A stretch of DNA of 33,600 bases from Candidatus Dojkabacteria bacterium (GTDB taxonomy: Bacteria > Patescibacteriota > Dojkabacteria > SC72). Where the stretch lies: contig DUTP01000002.1 of NCBI GenBank assembly GCA_012842045.1, forward strand, positions 1 to 33,600. The letters run 5' to 3'. The translations under genes and the position numbers were made by a program. Positions 1 to 11,033 of this stretch are shown here, piece by piece (within the stretch, counting starts at the first letter, position 1; every line of letters starts with the position of its first letter). The notes beneath the pieces were generated by a model. The model made no database searches. It saw only the letters and a list, made by a program, of their open reading frames with translations, and was not told where the DNA came from.

Positions 1-447
1 AAGAAAGGTATTAAGATTGCTAAAGTTGAATTAAAAGTGGGTTGGGGAACATTTGCTCCTGTTAGAGAAGAAGATATTGAAGATCACGAAATTCATGAGG
101 AAGAAATCTCTTTATCACAAACTTCTGCAGGTATTATCAACGAGACAATTAAGAATAGAGGTGATGTTTGGGCTTTTGGAACAACAGTTACAAGACTACT
201 TGAGAGTTGTGCAACAGAAGATGGCTTTGTAAATGCATATGATGGTAAGACAAACCTCTTCGTCTATCCTGGATATGAATGGAGAATTGTTAATCACTTA
301 GTTACAAATTTTCATATGCCCGACTCTTCTTTAATTCTTCTAGTTTCTTCATTTGCTGGGAAAGAGTTGATTAAGAAAGCATATGATGAAGCTTTGAAAA
401 ATGAGTATATGTTTTTAAGCTATGGGGATAGTATGTTAATAATTTAG
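1..447 (+). CDS. queA: S-adenosylmethionine:tRNA ribosyltransferase-isomerase (5'-truncated by window edge)
   Basis: Frame is open from base 1 (KKGIKIAKVELKVGWGTFAPV). QueA motifs: VGxGTF, GTTVTRLLES, TNFHMPDSS, YMFLSYGDSMLI. Confidence 0.96.
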   Translation, partial: KKGIKIAKVELKVGWGTFAPVREEDIEDHEIHEEEISLSQTSAGIINETIKNRGDVWAFGTTVTRLLESCATEDGFVNAYDGKTNLFVYPGYEWRIVNHLVTNFHMPDSSLILLVSSFAGKELIKKAYDEALKNEYMFLSYGDSMLII

Positions 448-463
448 TATGATATAACTATAT

Positions 464-2198
<1,735 letters not shown>

Positions 2199-2217
2199 GT
2201 ACAGAGCATCTTTTAGG

Positions 2218-2246
2218 TTGAGCTAGAATCTCAAACATGGTATTAT
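2218..2246 (+). promoter_or_regulatory. Sigma70-type promoter upstream of rny leader
   Basis: TTGAGC, 17-nt spacer, TATTAT with extended TG. Confidence 0.6.
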
Positions 2247-2266
2247 TATATAATCCTAATATAAAG

Positions 2267-2404
2267 GGATTTTAGGAAAATAGAATTTTGATAAAAGTAA
2301 AATATTTTTGATATTTATGATTTTTGAAATTTTAGAAAATTCGTTGTTTTTTATTCAAAGACCTCTCTTGGTCTTTGTTTCCTAGAATCTGCCTTTTGAA
2401 GGTA
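2267..2404 (+). ncRNA. Candidate structured RNA (6S-like or rny 5' leader)
   Basis: Closing stem 2268-2279/2378-2389; inner stems 2283-2289/2336-2342 and 2292-2296/2330-2334; side hairpin CAAAGACC/GGTCTTTG at 2356-2377. Confidence 0.4.
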
Positions 2405-2431
2405 CGATTAAATTTTTAAACAAATATTGAT

Positions 2432-3964
2432 ATGAGTACTGGTGTTATATTATCTATAACCATAGGTGTAGCAATCCTTGCGGTTATAGCTACAGTGTTA
2501 GTGTTAAGGTATGCATTTAAATGGGTGAATGTGAAAGATATCCCGGAAGAAGAAGTAGAAAAGGTTGCTAAAAGAATCATGGGAGATCGAATGAAGAGTG
2601 CTGAGAGAGAGATGGATGAAATGAAAAACAGAGAGGAACGAAGACTTAAGCAGATGAGAAAAGAGAGCCAAGATCATGAGGAAATTTTGATTGAAAGAGA
2701 GAGAAAGTTAAATAGGAGATCCAAAATACTTGATGAGAAAAGTGAGGAATTAGAGAGTAAAGAGCATCAATTAAAAGATGGTATTGAAAGATTAGAAAAG
2801 GACAGAGTAGAAGTTAAACAAGAATTAGAAAACATCTCGGGTTTGTCAAAAGAAGAAGCTAGAGAGAAGCTTATCGAAGAGATAGATCAGGATATGAAAG
2901 AGTATGAAGCGAAGAGAATTAGGCAAGCAGAGAAGAATATAGAGGCAACAGCAGATGAAAAAGCAAGAAAAATATTAGTAGAAACGATGCAGAATGTTGT
3001 TACTGATTATGTTGGAGAGACAACAACTAGTACAATTAAAGTAGATGATGACAAGGTTAAGGGTAGAGTTATTGGAAAAGAGGGAAGAAATATTAGATCT
3101 TTTGAGCAGTTAACGGGTGTTGATGTGATTGTAGATGAATCACCCAATGCAATTGCTCTCTCTTCATTTGATCCTTTGAGAAGAGAGATTGCACATGTAG
3201 CTATGACTAAGCTAATAGCAGACGGAAGAATTCATCCTGGTTCAATAGAGGATTCTGTAAGAAAAGCAAAAAATGATATTGCACAAGAGATAAAGAAGAA
3301 TGGACAGATATTAGCAGATGAGGCTGGTTGGCCAGATATAGATCCTGGGTTAATGAAATTGATAGGTAAGATGAAGTATAGAAGTAGTTATGGTCAATCT
3401 TTAATGTCTCATACAATTGAAGTTATCAGACTTGCGGGTGCTCTTGCAAAAGAGATAGGGGCAGATGTCGATTTGGTTAAAAAAGCGGCTCTGTTACATG
3501 ATGTAGGTAAGGTTCTTACACACAAAGTAGATAGTCCACATCATCATATCTCAGGTCAGGTTGCTAGAAAATATGGATTGGATGAAACTCTTGTTAATGC
3601 AATAGAGTCTCACCATCTAGATATAGAACCTCAGACACCAGAAGCAGTAGTTGTCTACTTGGCGGATGCAATATCAGGATCTAGACCAGGAGCCAGGAAA
3701 GATAGTTATGAACAATATATCCAAAGAGTTGAAGGTATTGAAAATGCTGCAAAAGAAATAGGAGGAGACAGAATAGAGGATGTCTTTGCTATTAGAGCAG
3801 GAAGAGAAGTGAGAGTGATAGTTAACCCTAAGTTAGTTTCAGATGATGAAGCAATTGTAATGGCTAAGGATATTGCTGAAGAAATAGAGAGTAAGCAGAG
3901 CTATCCAGGTAACGTAGAAGTAACCATTATTAGGGAAACAAGAGCTACAAATGTAGCAAAATAG
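2432..3964 (+). CDS. rny: Ribonuclease Y
   Basis: N-terminal TM helix, coiled coil, KH motif KGRVIGKEGRNIR, HD domain LLHDVGK, ADAISGSRPGAR, RAGREVRV. Confidence 0.98.
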   Translation: MSTGVILSITIGVAILAVIATVLVLRYAFKWVNVKDIPEEEVEKVAKRIMGDRMKSAEREMDEMKNREERRLKQMRKESQDHEEILIERERKLNRRSKILDEKSEELESKEHQLKDGIERLEKDRVEVKQELENISGLSKEEAREKLIEEIDQDMKEYEAKRIRQAEKNIEATADEKARKILVETMQNVVTDYVGETTTSTIKVDDDKVKGRVIGKEGRNIRSFEQLTGVDVIVDESPNAIALSSFDPLRREIAHVAMTKLIADGRIHPGSIEDSVRKAKNDIAQEIKKNGQILADEAGWPDIDPGLMKLIGKMKYRSSYGQSLMSHTIEVIRLAGALAKEIGADVDLVKKAALLHDVGKVLTHKVDSPHHHISGQVARKYGLDETLVNAIESHHLDIEPQTPEAVVVYLADAISGSRPGARKDSYEQYIQRVEGIENAAKEIGGDRIEDVFAIRAGREVRVIVNPKLVSDDEAIVMAKDIAEEIESKQSYPGNVEVTIIRETRATNVAK

Positions 3965-4000
3965 CCCTAAATATCACTATCTTCTAGTAATGCTTCTTAT

Positions 4001-4037
4001 GGGGGGAGAGGAAACTATACAGTCTCCCCCTTTTTTA
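4001..4037 (+). terminator. Intrinsic terminator after rny
   Basis: GGGGGAGA (4002-4009) pairs with TCTCCCCC (4023-4030), followed by a T6 tract. Confidence 0.8.
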
Positions 4038-4322
4038 AACAAATGTATACTTTTTATCGTTGCTGTCTTGCTTTTGCTGTGGTGGTATCATTTAAGTCTG
4101 TTATATTAGTGTTTCTTTGTATTCTAAGATGTTCAAAAAATTTGTAAAGTTTGTAGGAAACATGAGAGAAGTAGAAAAAGATCTTATCCTAAGAGAGTTT
4201 TTATAACCCTCACCAGCTAGCCTATAGGAAAAGTGTACTTGACCATTTCTCTACTTTTGCTTATTTTAATAGTGGATATACGCTATTTGTGTATATATCA
4301 AAAAAGAAAGGAGGTTATTACA

Positions 4323-4592
4323 ATGTTAAAGAAAGATTTAATTGACAGAATTGCAGCAACAGGTCTTACAAAGAAAGAAGCTGGTGCAGCATTAGATGCA
4401 GTCTTAGAAGCAATTGCTGATTCTCTTAAGAAAGGAGAACCAGTACTCTTGACAGGCTTCGGTAAATTCGAAGTTAGAACAAGAGCAGCAAGAACTGGAA
4501 TCAATCCAAAAACTCTAGAGAAGATTCAGCTTCCAGCAACAAAGGTACCTGCATTCAAAGCAGGAAAAGCTCTTAGAGCTGCTGTTAAGTAG
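4323..4592 (+). CDS. hup: DNA-binding protein HU
   Basis: [11 protein letters not shown]...[20 protein letters not shown]...PAFKAGK. Strong SD AAGGAGGT at 4308-4315 fixes the start at 4323. Confidence 0.97.
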   Translation: MLKKDLIDRIAATGLTKKEAGAALDAVLEAIADSLKKGEPVLLTGFGKFEVRTRAARTGINPKTLEKIQLPATKVPAFKAGKALRAAVK

Positions 4593-4627
4593 ACTGCCGG
4601 TATTTCTTTATAGATAAAGAAATGGGG

Positions 4628-4652
4628 AAAGGATCCGTACGGGTCCTTTTTC
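4628..4652 (+). terminator. Intrinsic terminator after hup
   Basis: AAAGGATCC-GTAC-GGGTCCTTT followed by T-rich tail. An AT-rich hairpin (4602-4623) precedes it. Confidence 0.8.
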
Positions 4653-4693
4653 TGTTTACTATTATTTCAAAATGCTTTAAACTATACTCAGAC

Positions 4694-6112
4694 ATGTTGA
4701 AGGATTTTTTCATTCCAACAAAGAAGAATAGAAACAAGGCATACTTACTAAGCAAACCAGCAATAGTACTCTATACTCTTTTTCTTTTGTTAATTAACCA
4801 ATTTGGACCAATCTTTGGAATTAATCAGGCATATGCTAGTACTATAAACCAAGCCAATATCATATCCCTTACAAACCAAGAGAGAAGATTAGCAGGGTTG
4901 GGAGATTTGAAAAATAATCCTCAACTAGCATCTGCTGCACTAGCAAAAGCGAATGATATGTTTGCAAAACAGTACTGGGACCACTTTGGTCCAAATGGAG
5001 AGACACCATGGCAATTCATAAGAGCTGCAGGATATAACTATGTCTATGCTGGAGAAAATTTAGGAAAAGGTTTTAGAACAGCAGAAGGTTTGGTCGAAGC
5101 ATGGATGGCTAGTCCAACTCATAGGGAAAACATACTTAGTGCAAATTACAGAGATATAGGGATTGCAGTTGTAGAAGGGGAGCTCTTAGGTAAACAGACA
5201 ATACTTGTTGTTCAAATGTTTGGGAATCTTACAAGGTCAGTACAAGGAACTACCACATCAGAAGCGCCTAAACCAGTAGAAACGACTACACCTCCTACAC
5301 CTAAAAAAGTTGAAACAGGTAGCCAGAAAGTAGTAACACCAAAAGAACAGGGTGAAATAAGAAGTATTAGAATAACATCTCCAGGTATGGGTGAAGTGAT
5401 AACTGATCCTTCTGTCAATGTTAAGGGGGAAACAAAGAATACTACTGGAGAATATACAGTAAATATTTTAGAAAATGATGAAGTTGTAGGAAGTAGTAAT
5501 GCAACAGGTAGCACATGGGAAGTTGATAAAGATAGTGATTGGAGTGAAGGGGAGCATAAAATTATTGCTGTACTTAAAGATACTGAAGTCAAATCAGAGG
5601 AAAATACATTTATAATAGATTCTAAAGCTCCTGAAGTAGACCTCTCAACTTTGAAAGTTGTTGAGGACTCTGAAAATTTCACTTTAACTTTCAAAGTTAA
5701 GGGTGAGTGGGAAGAAGTAAATATAATAGTGGATTCTAATATCATTCTTGCTAATTCACCAATAGGGCAAGAGGATGTTGAGGTGACTATTCCCAAAGAA
5801 CCACATCCAACATCTGTATATATAAACTTATCAGACCATGTTGGTAACACCTCTAGTGTGGAAATAACAGAATATTTCCAAGTAAAAGAGAAAGAACAGG
5901 GAAACAAACTTCCAATCTTTTCTCTGTCTACCAGAGATGGTATAAATATCGGTATAGTTTCCTTTGTTCTTGTCTTATTAGTATTGAATGTCTTCTGGTT
6001 TATCAAGCAACGCAAATTTAAAGAATCAATAGGAGATGTCTTTACAGTTGGTGCATGGTGGATAATAGTAACTGTTTCGTTATTTACAGGTTTCTCAGGT
6101 TCTATAACATAA
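4694..6112 (+). CDS. Membrane-anchored CAP (SCP-like) domain protein with Pro/Thr linker, Ig-like domains and two C-terminal TM helices
   Basis: TNQERRLAGL, KANDMFAKQYWDH, AGENLGKG, WMASPTHRENIL. Start moved to ATG 4694, past the hup terminator; TATACT lies 5 nt upstream. Confidence 0.88.
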   Translation: MLKDFFIPTKKNRNKAYLLSKPAIVLYTLFLLLINQFGPIFGINQAYASTINQANIISLTNQERRLAGLGDLKNNPQLASAALAKANDMFAKQYWDHFGPNGETPWQFIRAAGYNYVYAGENLGKGFRTAEGLVEAWMASPTHRENILSANYRDIGIAVVEGELLGKQTILVVQMFGNLTRSVQGTTTSEAPKPVETTTPPTPKKVETGSQKVVTPKEQGEIRSIRITSPGMGEVITDPSVNVKGETKNTTGEYTVNILENDEVVGSSNATGSTWEVDKDSDWSEGEHKIIAVLKDTEVKSEENTFIIDSKAPEVDLSTLKVVEDSENFTLTFKVKGEWEEVNIIVDSNIILANSPIGQEDVEVTIPKEPHPTSVYINLSDHVGNTSSVEITEYFQVKEKEQGNKLPIFSLSTRDGINIGIVSFVLVLLVLNVFWFIKQRKFKESIGDVFTVGAWWIIVTVSLFTGFSGSIT

Positions 6113-6128
6113 ATAAATGTAACTGCCT

Positions 6129-6926
6129 ATGAAGTTTGGGAAAATAGAAATAAAAAGTGAAATCCTCTACATCCTATTTCTGTTTGTAGTTACAGAGTTT
6201 TTTAACATCTCTATTCTTAAATCTCCTCTTAGAACAATTATCCTATGGGGAGTCTTAGGTCTTCTATTACTAATTTTTTGGTTTGGCAGGGCATTCTCCC
6301 TCTATTCTAAAAAGAAAATATCCAAATACAGCAATGTACTGATGAAAATATCTCTAAAGGAAAGATTCTTTTCATATTTTGTTTTACCTTCAATATTTTA
6401 CATCTCCCTTTTAGTTTTTCTCTTTTTTAATAGGAATGTAATCTTAGGTCATTTTGTCTTGATTATGTGTATGATTCTCCTTCTCCTTCTTTTCTTGAAT
6501 GTAAAAAGCTCTATGAAGAAATTTTACACAGTACATATTGCAACAAAGGCTGTATTTGATTTCATATGTATAACAATTCTTTTTCTTTTGTTAAATGCAT
6601 TTTTAAGAATAGGGTTCTCAATTATTGAATATACGTTACTAGGTTTCTTTTCATCATTAACTCTGTATATCTTCGTATTAAAACTACATGATAGGTTTGG
6701 CTTAGTTGAAATTGTCTTGGCATTCCTAAGTGCAATTGTTACTGCACTCTCGATGATTCCCTTTTGGAATAGAAATATCTTTATAATACCTGCTGTTGGA
6801 GCATTAACCTTCTACTTAATTATATCTCTTTGGAATATTAGATTCTCTGGTAGAGTGAAACTAAACGATTACCTAGCTCCTGTACTCTATGTAATCTTTG
6901 CTCTTGTTTTAATATTAACAATGTAA
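6129..6926 (+). CDS. Polytopic membrane protein of unknown function
   Basis: 265 aa with about 8-9 hydrophobic segments; tight spacing with its neighbours. Confidence 0.8.
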   Translation: MKFGKIEIKSEILYILFLFVVTEFFNISILKSPLRTIILWGVLGLLLLIFWFGRAFSLYSKKKISKYSNVLMKISLKERFFSYFVLPSIFYISLLVFLFFNRNVILGHFVLIMCMILLLLLFLNVKSSMKKFYTVHIATKAVFDFICITILFLLLNAFLRIGFSIIEYTLLGFFSSLTLYIFVLKLHDRFGLVEIVLAFLSAIVTALSMIPFWNRNIFIIPAVGALTFYLIISLWNIRFSGRVKLNDYLAPVLYVIFALVLILTM

Positions 6927-6928
6927 GT

Positions 6929-7636
6929 ATGGATAAAAAAGACATTGTTTTGAAAGTTGGAGGTTCGTTACTGTATAGCGAGAATCAAGATATAAATTTT
7001 GACATAATGGGTAAGATTAAAAGTTGGTATGTTGAGAACAAGGATATCTACTGGAAATTTGTAATGGTGACTGGAGGCGGTACGCTGTCTAGAAGTCTCC
7101 AGAGTAAAGTAGGGAATAATATTGCTAATGAGCAGGCTCTACATAGTATAGCTATGTCTGTAACTCAGACTAGTGCAGAGCTTCTAGGAGGCTTCCTGGG
7201 GCATTCAAACATCTTCATACCCAGAACCCTAGGTGAAGCATATGAATACCTCTTAGAAGACACACCAGGAACTCTTGTAAGTGGTGGACTCAAGCTAGGT
7301 TGGAGTACAGACATGGATGCAGCAGTGTTTGCAGATATATTATTCGAAAAAAGAATATACAAACTCTCAAATATAGAATATGTATATGATAAAGATCCTA
7401 AAAAACACTCAGATGCAACCCCTATTAAAGACATGACTTGGAAAGAATATTTTGATCTCTTCTCAATCACAGATACAGATGAACACCAGGCAAATCATAG
7501 TCTTCCGATAGATAAAGTATCTGCAAGGTTTTGTAGAAACAAAGAAATGTCATTCTTCATATGTGGTGGTAAAAACTTGATGGAAAAAGAAGGCTTAGGA
7601 GATATTCTCTCAGAAGGGACTCTAATTCATCCTTAA
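6929..7636 (+). CDS. pyrH: UMP kinase, archaeal-type
   Basis: VLKVGGS, VTGGG, GG...GWSTDMDAA, SNIEYVYDKDPKK, PID. Lacks the bacterial KLSGE start. Confidence 0.85.
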   Translation: MDKKDIVLKVGGSLLYSENQDINFDIMGKIKSWYVENKDIYWKFVMVTGGGTLSRSLQSKVGNNIANEQALHSIAMSVTQTSAELLGGFLGHSNIFIPRTLGEAYEYLLEDTPGTLVSGGLKLGWSTDMDAAVFADILFEKRIYKLSNIEYVYDKDPKKHSDATPIKDMTWKEYFDLFSITDTDEHQANHSLPIDKVSARFCRNKEMSFFICGGKNLMEKEGLGDILSEGTLIHP

Positions 7637-7640
7637 AACA

Positions 7641-8102
7641 TTAAAGGATTTCTGAAAGTACATATTTCTCTTTTCCTCCTAACGATGGTAATTCAATCTT
7701 GTCACCAATTTTCTTTCCAATAAGGGACTCTCCAACTGGTGAGAGGTGTGAAATTTTTCCTTCAAGAGGATTAGCCTGATCTTCTCCAACAATCTGATAT
7801 TTCAACTCTTTCTTTCCCTTTAGTAGCACGGTATCACCAATATGTACAACATTCTTCTTTGTAGATACTACAACTTTTGCATTCTTAATCTTCTCCTTTA
7901 GTTCTACAATCTTTGCCTCATTAATATTCTGTTCTTCTACAGCCATGGAGTAACCATCATTTTCACTGAGGTCCCCCTGGCTTCTCATCTCATTCAAAAC
8001 ATTAGCTATTTTCTCTCTTGTTACCGTTTCTCTTTCTTTTAACTCTTCCTTTAACTTCTCTAAACCTTCTTTTGTTGTCAAATATTCATTGTTATCACTC
8101 AT
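7641..8102 (-). CDS. greA: Transcription elongation factor GreA
   Basis: YLTTKEGLEKLKEEL, QGDLSENDGY, ISHLSPVGESLIGKKIGD. Confidence 0.95.
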   Translation of the reverse strand: MSDNNEYLTTKEGLEKLKEELKERETVTREKIANVLNEMRSQGDLSENDGYSMAVEEQNINEAKIVELKEKIKNAKVVVSTKKNVVHIGDTVLLKGKKELKYQIVGEDQANPLEGKISHLSPVGESLIGKKIGDKIELPSLGGKEKYVLSEIL

Positions 8103-8130
8103 ACTTCATTTCCCAATATTAATTCAAGGG

Positions 8131-8159
8131 ATGATATACATTCAAAATATCTATGTCAA
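8131..8159 (-). promoter_or_regulatory. Sigma70 promoter of greA
   Basis: TTGACA, 17 nt, TATCAT on the minus strand. Confidence 0.8.
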
Positions 8160-8214
8160 GGAGAAACCATTAATGAAAAAACATCTAAGTTGTGATAAAA
8201 TACCTCCTAGATAT

Positions 8215-8289
8215 GCCGCTATCGTCTAACGGTTAGGACATAGGATTCTCAATCCTACAATCGGGGTTCGATTCCCCGTAGCGGTACCA
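8215..8289 (+). tRNA. tRNA-Glu (anticodon CTC)
   Basis: Acceptor GCCGCTA/TAGCGGT; D arm with GGTTAGGAC; anticodon stem TAGGA/TCCTA with loop TT-CTC-AA; T arm CGGGG-TTCGATT-CCCCG; encoded CCA. Confidence 0.97.
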
Positions 8290-8311
8290 TAATTTTTCAA
8301 GGATAATCTCT

Positions 8312-9046
8312 ATGGTTAGATACTATTGCAGTGGATATGATATTAACAATGCTTTTGGTCATGGATTAGGAGATATGTTTAAGAATGAATTGAAAGAAAC
8401 AAAAAGCATAGTATATATTCCAGGTGATGCAGAGAAAATAGAGAAGGTAAAAGCAATATATTTACCAGCATTTACAAAACATTTTGAAGATGTAGGAATT
8501 AAATTTGATGAAGTCACTTTAATAACTCCAGATATTGATAAATCAAAAGCACAAGAAAAAGTGAAAAGTGCAGACTTTGTTATGTTAATGGGAGGTAACC
8601 CATTTAAGCAAAAAGAACTGTGTGAAGATCTAGGACTTTTACCATTTTTGAAAAATTATGGTGGAGTAATGATGGGTTTTAGTGCTGGTGCAATGTTAAT
8701 GTCAAAATATATCATTATAGTCCCGTGTAGTGATGAATATCCTGATTTTCGTATTGAAGAAGGTTTGGATTTGGATGGGTTATCAATCTATCCACATAAC
8801 AATACATCAAGTGATATCTATCCTAAATCATTAGTAGTAGATGATGAAACTTACAAAAGAGATGATTTAATTACAGTAGCCAAAAAATATGGTTCTTTCT
8901 ATTTACTTCAAGATAATATGAGAGAAGATGGAAAGACAGATGTGAGTATTATTAAATCAACAGATGGTGAATTAGAATTCTATACCGAGAATAATGGTAA
9001 AATCTGGGCGGTAGTAGATGATAAAATAATATTAATATCTAGATAA
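8312..9046 (+). CDS. Peptidase S51 (PepE/cyanophycinase-like, class I glutamine amidotransferase fold)
   Basis: MLMGGNPF, nucleophile elbow GFSAGAM, IYPH. Confidence 0.85.
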   Translation: MVRYYCSGYDINNAFGHGLGDMFKNELKETKSIVYIPGDAEKIEKVKAIYLPAFTKHFEDVGIKFDEVTLITPDIDKSKAQEKVKSADFVMLMGGNPFKQKELCEDLGLLPFLKNYGGVMMGFSAGAMLMSKYIIIVPCSDEYPDFRIEEGLDLDGLSIYPHNNTSSDIYPKSLVVDDETYKRDDLITVAKKYGSFYLLQDNMREDGKTDVSIIKSTDGELEFYTENNGKIWAVVDDKIILISR

Positions 9047-9098
9047 ATATCTCTATTAAGTGTAATATATAGTTATATAAATTTTAAAAACTTTTCTA

Positions 9099-9641
9099 AT
9101 GAGTAAAGATTTTGATTCTATTCTAATGGAGAATGAGAAAGTAGTATGGGAGGGAAAACCTAAATTATTTCCATATATTTTAGCTACTTTTAAAAGATTT
9201 TTTGCTGGACTGGTATTTTTCCTAGTCACTTTACTTTTTGTATTCTTAGCAAATGGTGGTGATACAAATAAAGGTATTTTTAGCGGTATTAATATAATAT
9301 TTTTTGTTCCTTCCTTTATTTTGCTTCTTGCCCCACTATTTAGAATCATTCGATATAGCAAAGAGAAGTATGCTTTTACCGAGAGCAGAGTAATTCTTTC
9401 AAGTGGAATGTTTACTAGAAACTTCAAATCCATTGATTATAAGAATATTATAAATAGCCAAGTTAGAATTGGTTTTTTAGATAAGATCTTTTCTGTTGGT
9501 CAGATTTTGATTTTTACTGGAGAGGTAGGAGTTGTTAAAAAAAATCAGCCTCTTTCTTCTATAGCTGATTGTTTAGTAGCATTACCAAATCCTCATGATG
9601 CATACAAAGTTCTAACTAGTCTTTCAGAAGGGAAAAAGTAA
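9099..9641 (+). CDS. Membrane protein with bacterial PH domain (bPH_2-like)
   Basis: LMENEKVVWEGKP, two TM helices, YAFTESRVILSSG, LDKIFSVGQILIFT. Confidence 0.8.
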   Translation: MSKDFDSILMENEKVVWEGKPKLFPYILATFKRFFAGLVFFLVTLLFVFLANGGDTNKGIFSGINIIFFVPSFILLLAPLFRIIRYSKEKYAFTESRVILSSGMFTRNFKSIDYKNIINSQVRIGFLDKIFSVGQILIFTGEVGVVKKNQPLSSIADCLVALPNPHDAYKVLTSLSEGKK

Positions 9642-9716
9642 TTGTGTTTGTTTGCTCGAAACCCTCTTTTATGTTAACCTTAATAGGTTCTTATATTATT
9701 TTATCTCTAAATTAAT

Positions 9717-10286
9717 ATGAAAAAAGGAATACCAGCATGGGCAATTATCATAGGTGTTATTGTAATCCTAGGAGGTTTCTTCCTAAGAACACACAATAGA
9801 CTTGTGAAATCTAATGAAGAAGTAGATAACCAATGGGCACAGGTTGAAAGTCAATATCAAAGAAGATTTGACTTAATTCCTAACTTGGTAGAATCTGTTA
9901 AAGGAGCTATGTCTCAAGAAACAGAGGTATTTACTAACATAGCAGAAGCAAGAACAAGATACTCTTCAGCAAAAACAACCAGTGAGAGAGCAGAAGCAGC
10001 TACAGCAGTCGAAGGTGCACTATCTCGACTACTTGTTGTAATAGAGAACTATCCTGAACTAAGATCTCTAGATACAGTTAAAACATTAATGTCTCAATTA
10101 GAAGGTACAGAGAATCGAATTGCTGTTGAAAGACAGAGATATAATGATCAGGTAAAGGAATTTAATGCAGATATGAAAACAATCCCAACTAAGTGGATTG
10201 CATCTATGTTCGGATTTGAAGAGAAAGCATATTTTGAATCAGAAGAAGGTTCAGAAGTTGCTCCTAAGGTTGATTTGACAAAGTAA
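9717..10286 (+). CDS. lemA: LemA family protein
   Basis: QRRFDLIPNLVESVKG, ENYPEL, EGTENRIAVERQRYN. Confidence 0.96.
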   Translation: MKKGIPAWAIIIGVIVILGGFFLRTHNRLVKSNEEVDNQWAQVESQYQRRFDLIPNLVESVKGAMSQETEVFTNIAEARTRYSSAKTTSERAEAATAVEGALSRLLVVIENYPELRSLDTVKTLMSQLEGTENRIAVERQRYNDQVKEFNADMKTIPTKWIASMFGFEEKAYFESEEGSEVAPKVDLTK

Positions 10287-10298
10287 ACAATCTTTTAA

Positions 10299-11033
10299 AT
10301 GAAAATTAAAAATGTTGTAATATCTTTAATACTTCTTTTGTTGTTTGCAACACCTGTTGTTGCTTACTACAAATTAGGTACTCCTGAAAAATATGTTAAT
10401 GACTATACTAATACCTTAACATATGAACAAAAGAGAGCACTGGGAAGTAAGATTTCAGATTTTGAACAGGAGAGTACAAATGAGATAGCTGTTGTCATTA
10501 TTGATTCTCTCGAAGGTGATTATATTGAGAATTTTGCAGTAAAACTTTTTGAGGATTGGGGGATAGGGAAAAAGGGTAGAAATAATGGAGTTTTAATACT
10601 CGTTGCAATGAAAGAGAGACAGATGAGGATAGAGGTGGGATATGGATTAGAAGGAGCACTTACGGATGCTGAGGCTAGTTGGGTAATTGAGAATGTAATG
10701 GTTCCTAATTTTAGGGAAGACAAATATTACGAAGGTGTTGATGGGAGTGTTGATAAGATTATTGCGATAACTAAAGGGGAATTTGAAGTACCGGAGGATG
10801 ATAGTATGATCTCATTTGTTATCTTTCTTTTCATAGTTGCCATTGTTGTTGGAATAGCTGTCGCTGTAAGAATTCTGAGAAAAAAGTATCCTAACTGGAA
10901 AGGTTGGCATATTGGACCAGAAGACTTTACATCTTCTTCATCTAGTGATTATGGAGGTGGTAGTTCTGGTGATAGCTTTGGAGGTTTTGGTGGAGGTAGT
11001 TCAGGAGGGGGAGGTTCGAGTGGTAGTTGGTAA
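10299..11033 (+). CDS. TPM domain (YgcG/DUF477) membrane protein with Gly/Ser-rich tail
   Basis: Signal peptide, VNDY, WGIGKKGRNNGVLILVA, RIEVGYGLEGALTD, TM helix, GGGSSGGGGSSGSW. Typical lemA partner. Confidence 0.93.
   Translation: MKIKNVVISLILLLLFATPVVAYYKLGTPEKYVNDYTNTLTYEQKRALGSKISDFEQESTNEIAVVIIDSLEGDYIENFAVKLFEDWGIGKKGRNNGVLILVAMKERQMRIEVGYGLEGALTDAEASWVIENVMVPNFREDKYYEGVDGSVDKIIAITKGEFEVPEDDSMISFVIFLFIVAIVVGIAVAVRILRKKYPNWKGWHIGPEDFTSSSSSDYGGGSSGDSFGGFGGGSSGGGGSSGSW

Noticed and set aside
4040-4300. Possible ncRNA in the rny-hup intergenic region
   Set aside because: Only short, weak AT-rich pairings. The region is explained by promoter-like elements (TGG-TATCAT at 4083-4091; TTGACC-17-TATTTT at 4239-4267).
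4233-4693. Longer N-termini for hup (4233) and the CAP protein (4622); likewise tgt (1131), mpg (10912), glyQS (17245) and DUF3048 (33251)
   Set aside because: The extensions run through promoters, terminators or upstream genes. SD or -10 placement and family N-termini favour the downstream starts.
8260-8289. tRNA-Glu 3' end as att site of a prophage or integrative element
   Set aside because: I saw no downstream direct repeat of the tRNA end and no integrase or phage genes in the window.
10920-11033. GGTGGA/GGTAGT-type repeats as a tandem repeat or array
   Set aside because: They encode the normal Gly/Ser tail of TPM-domain proteins.
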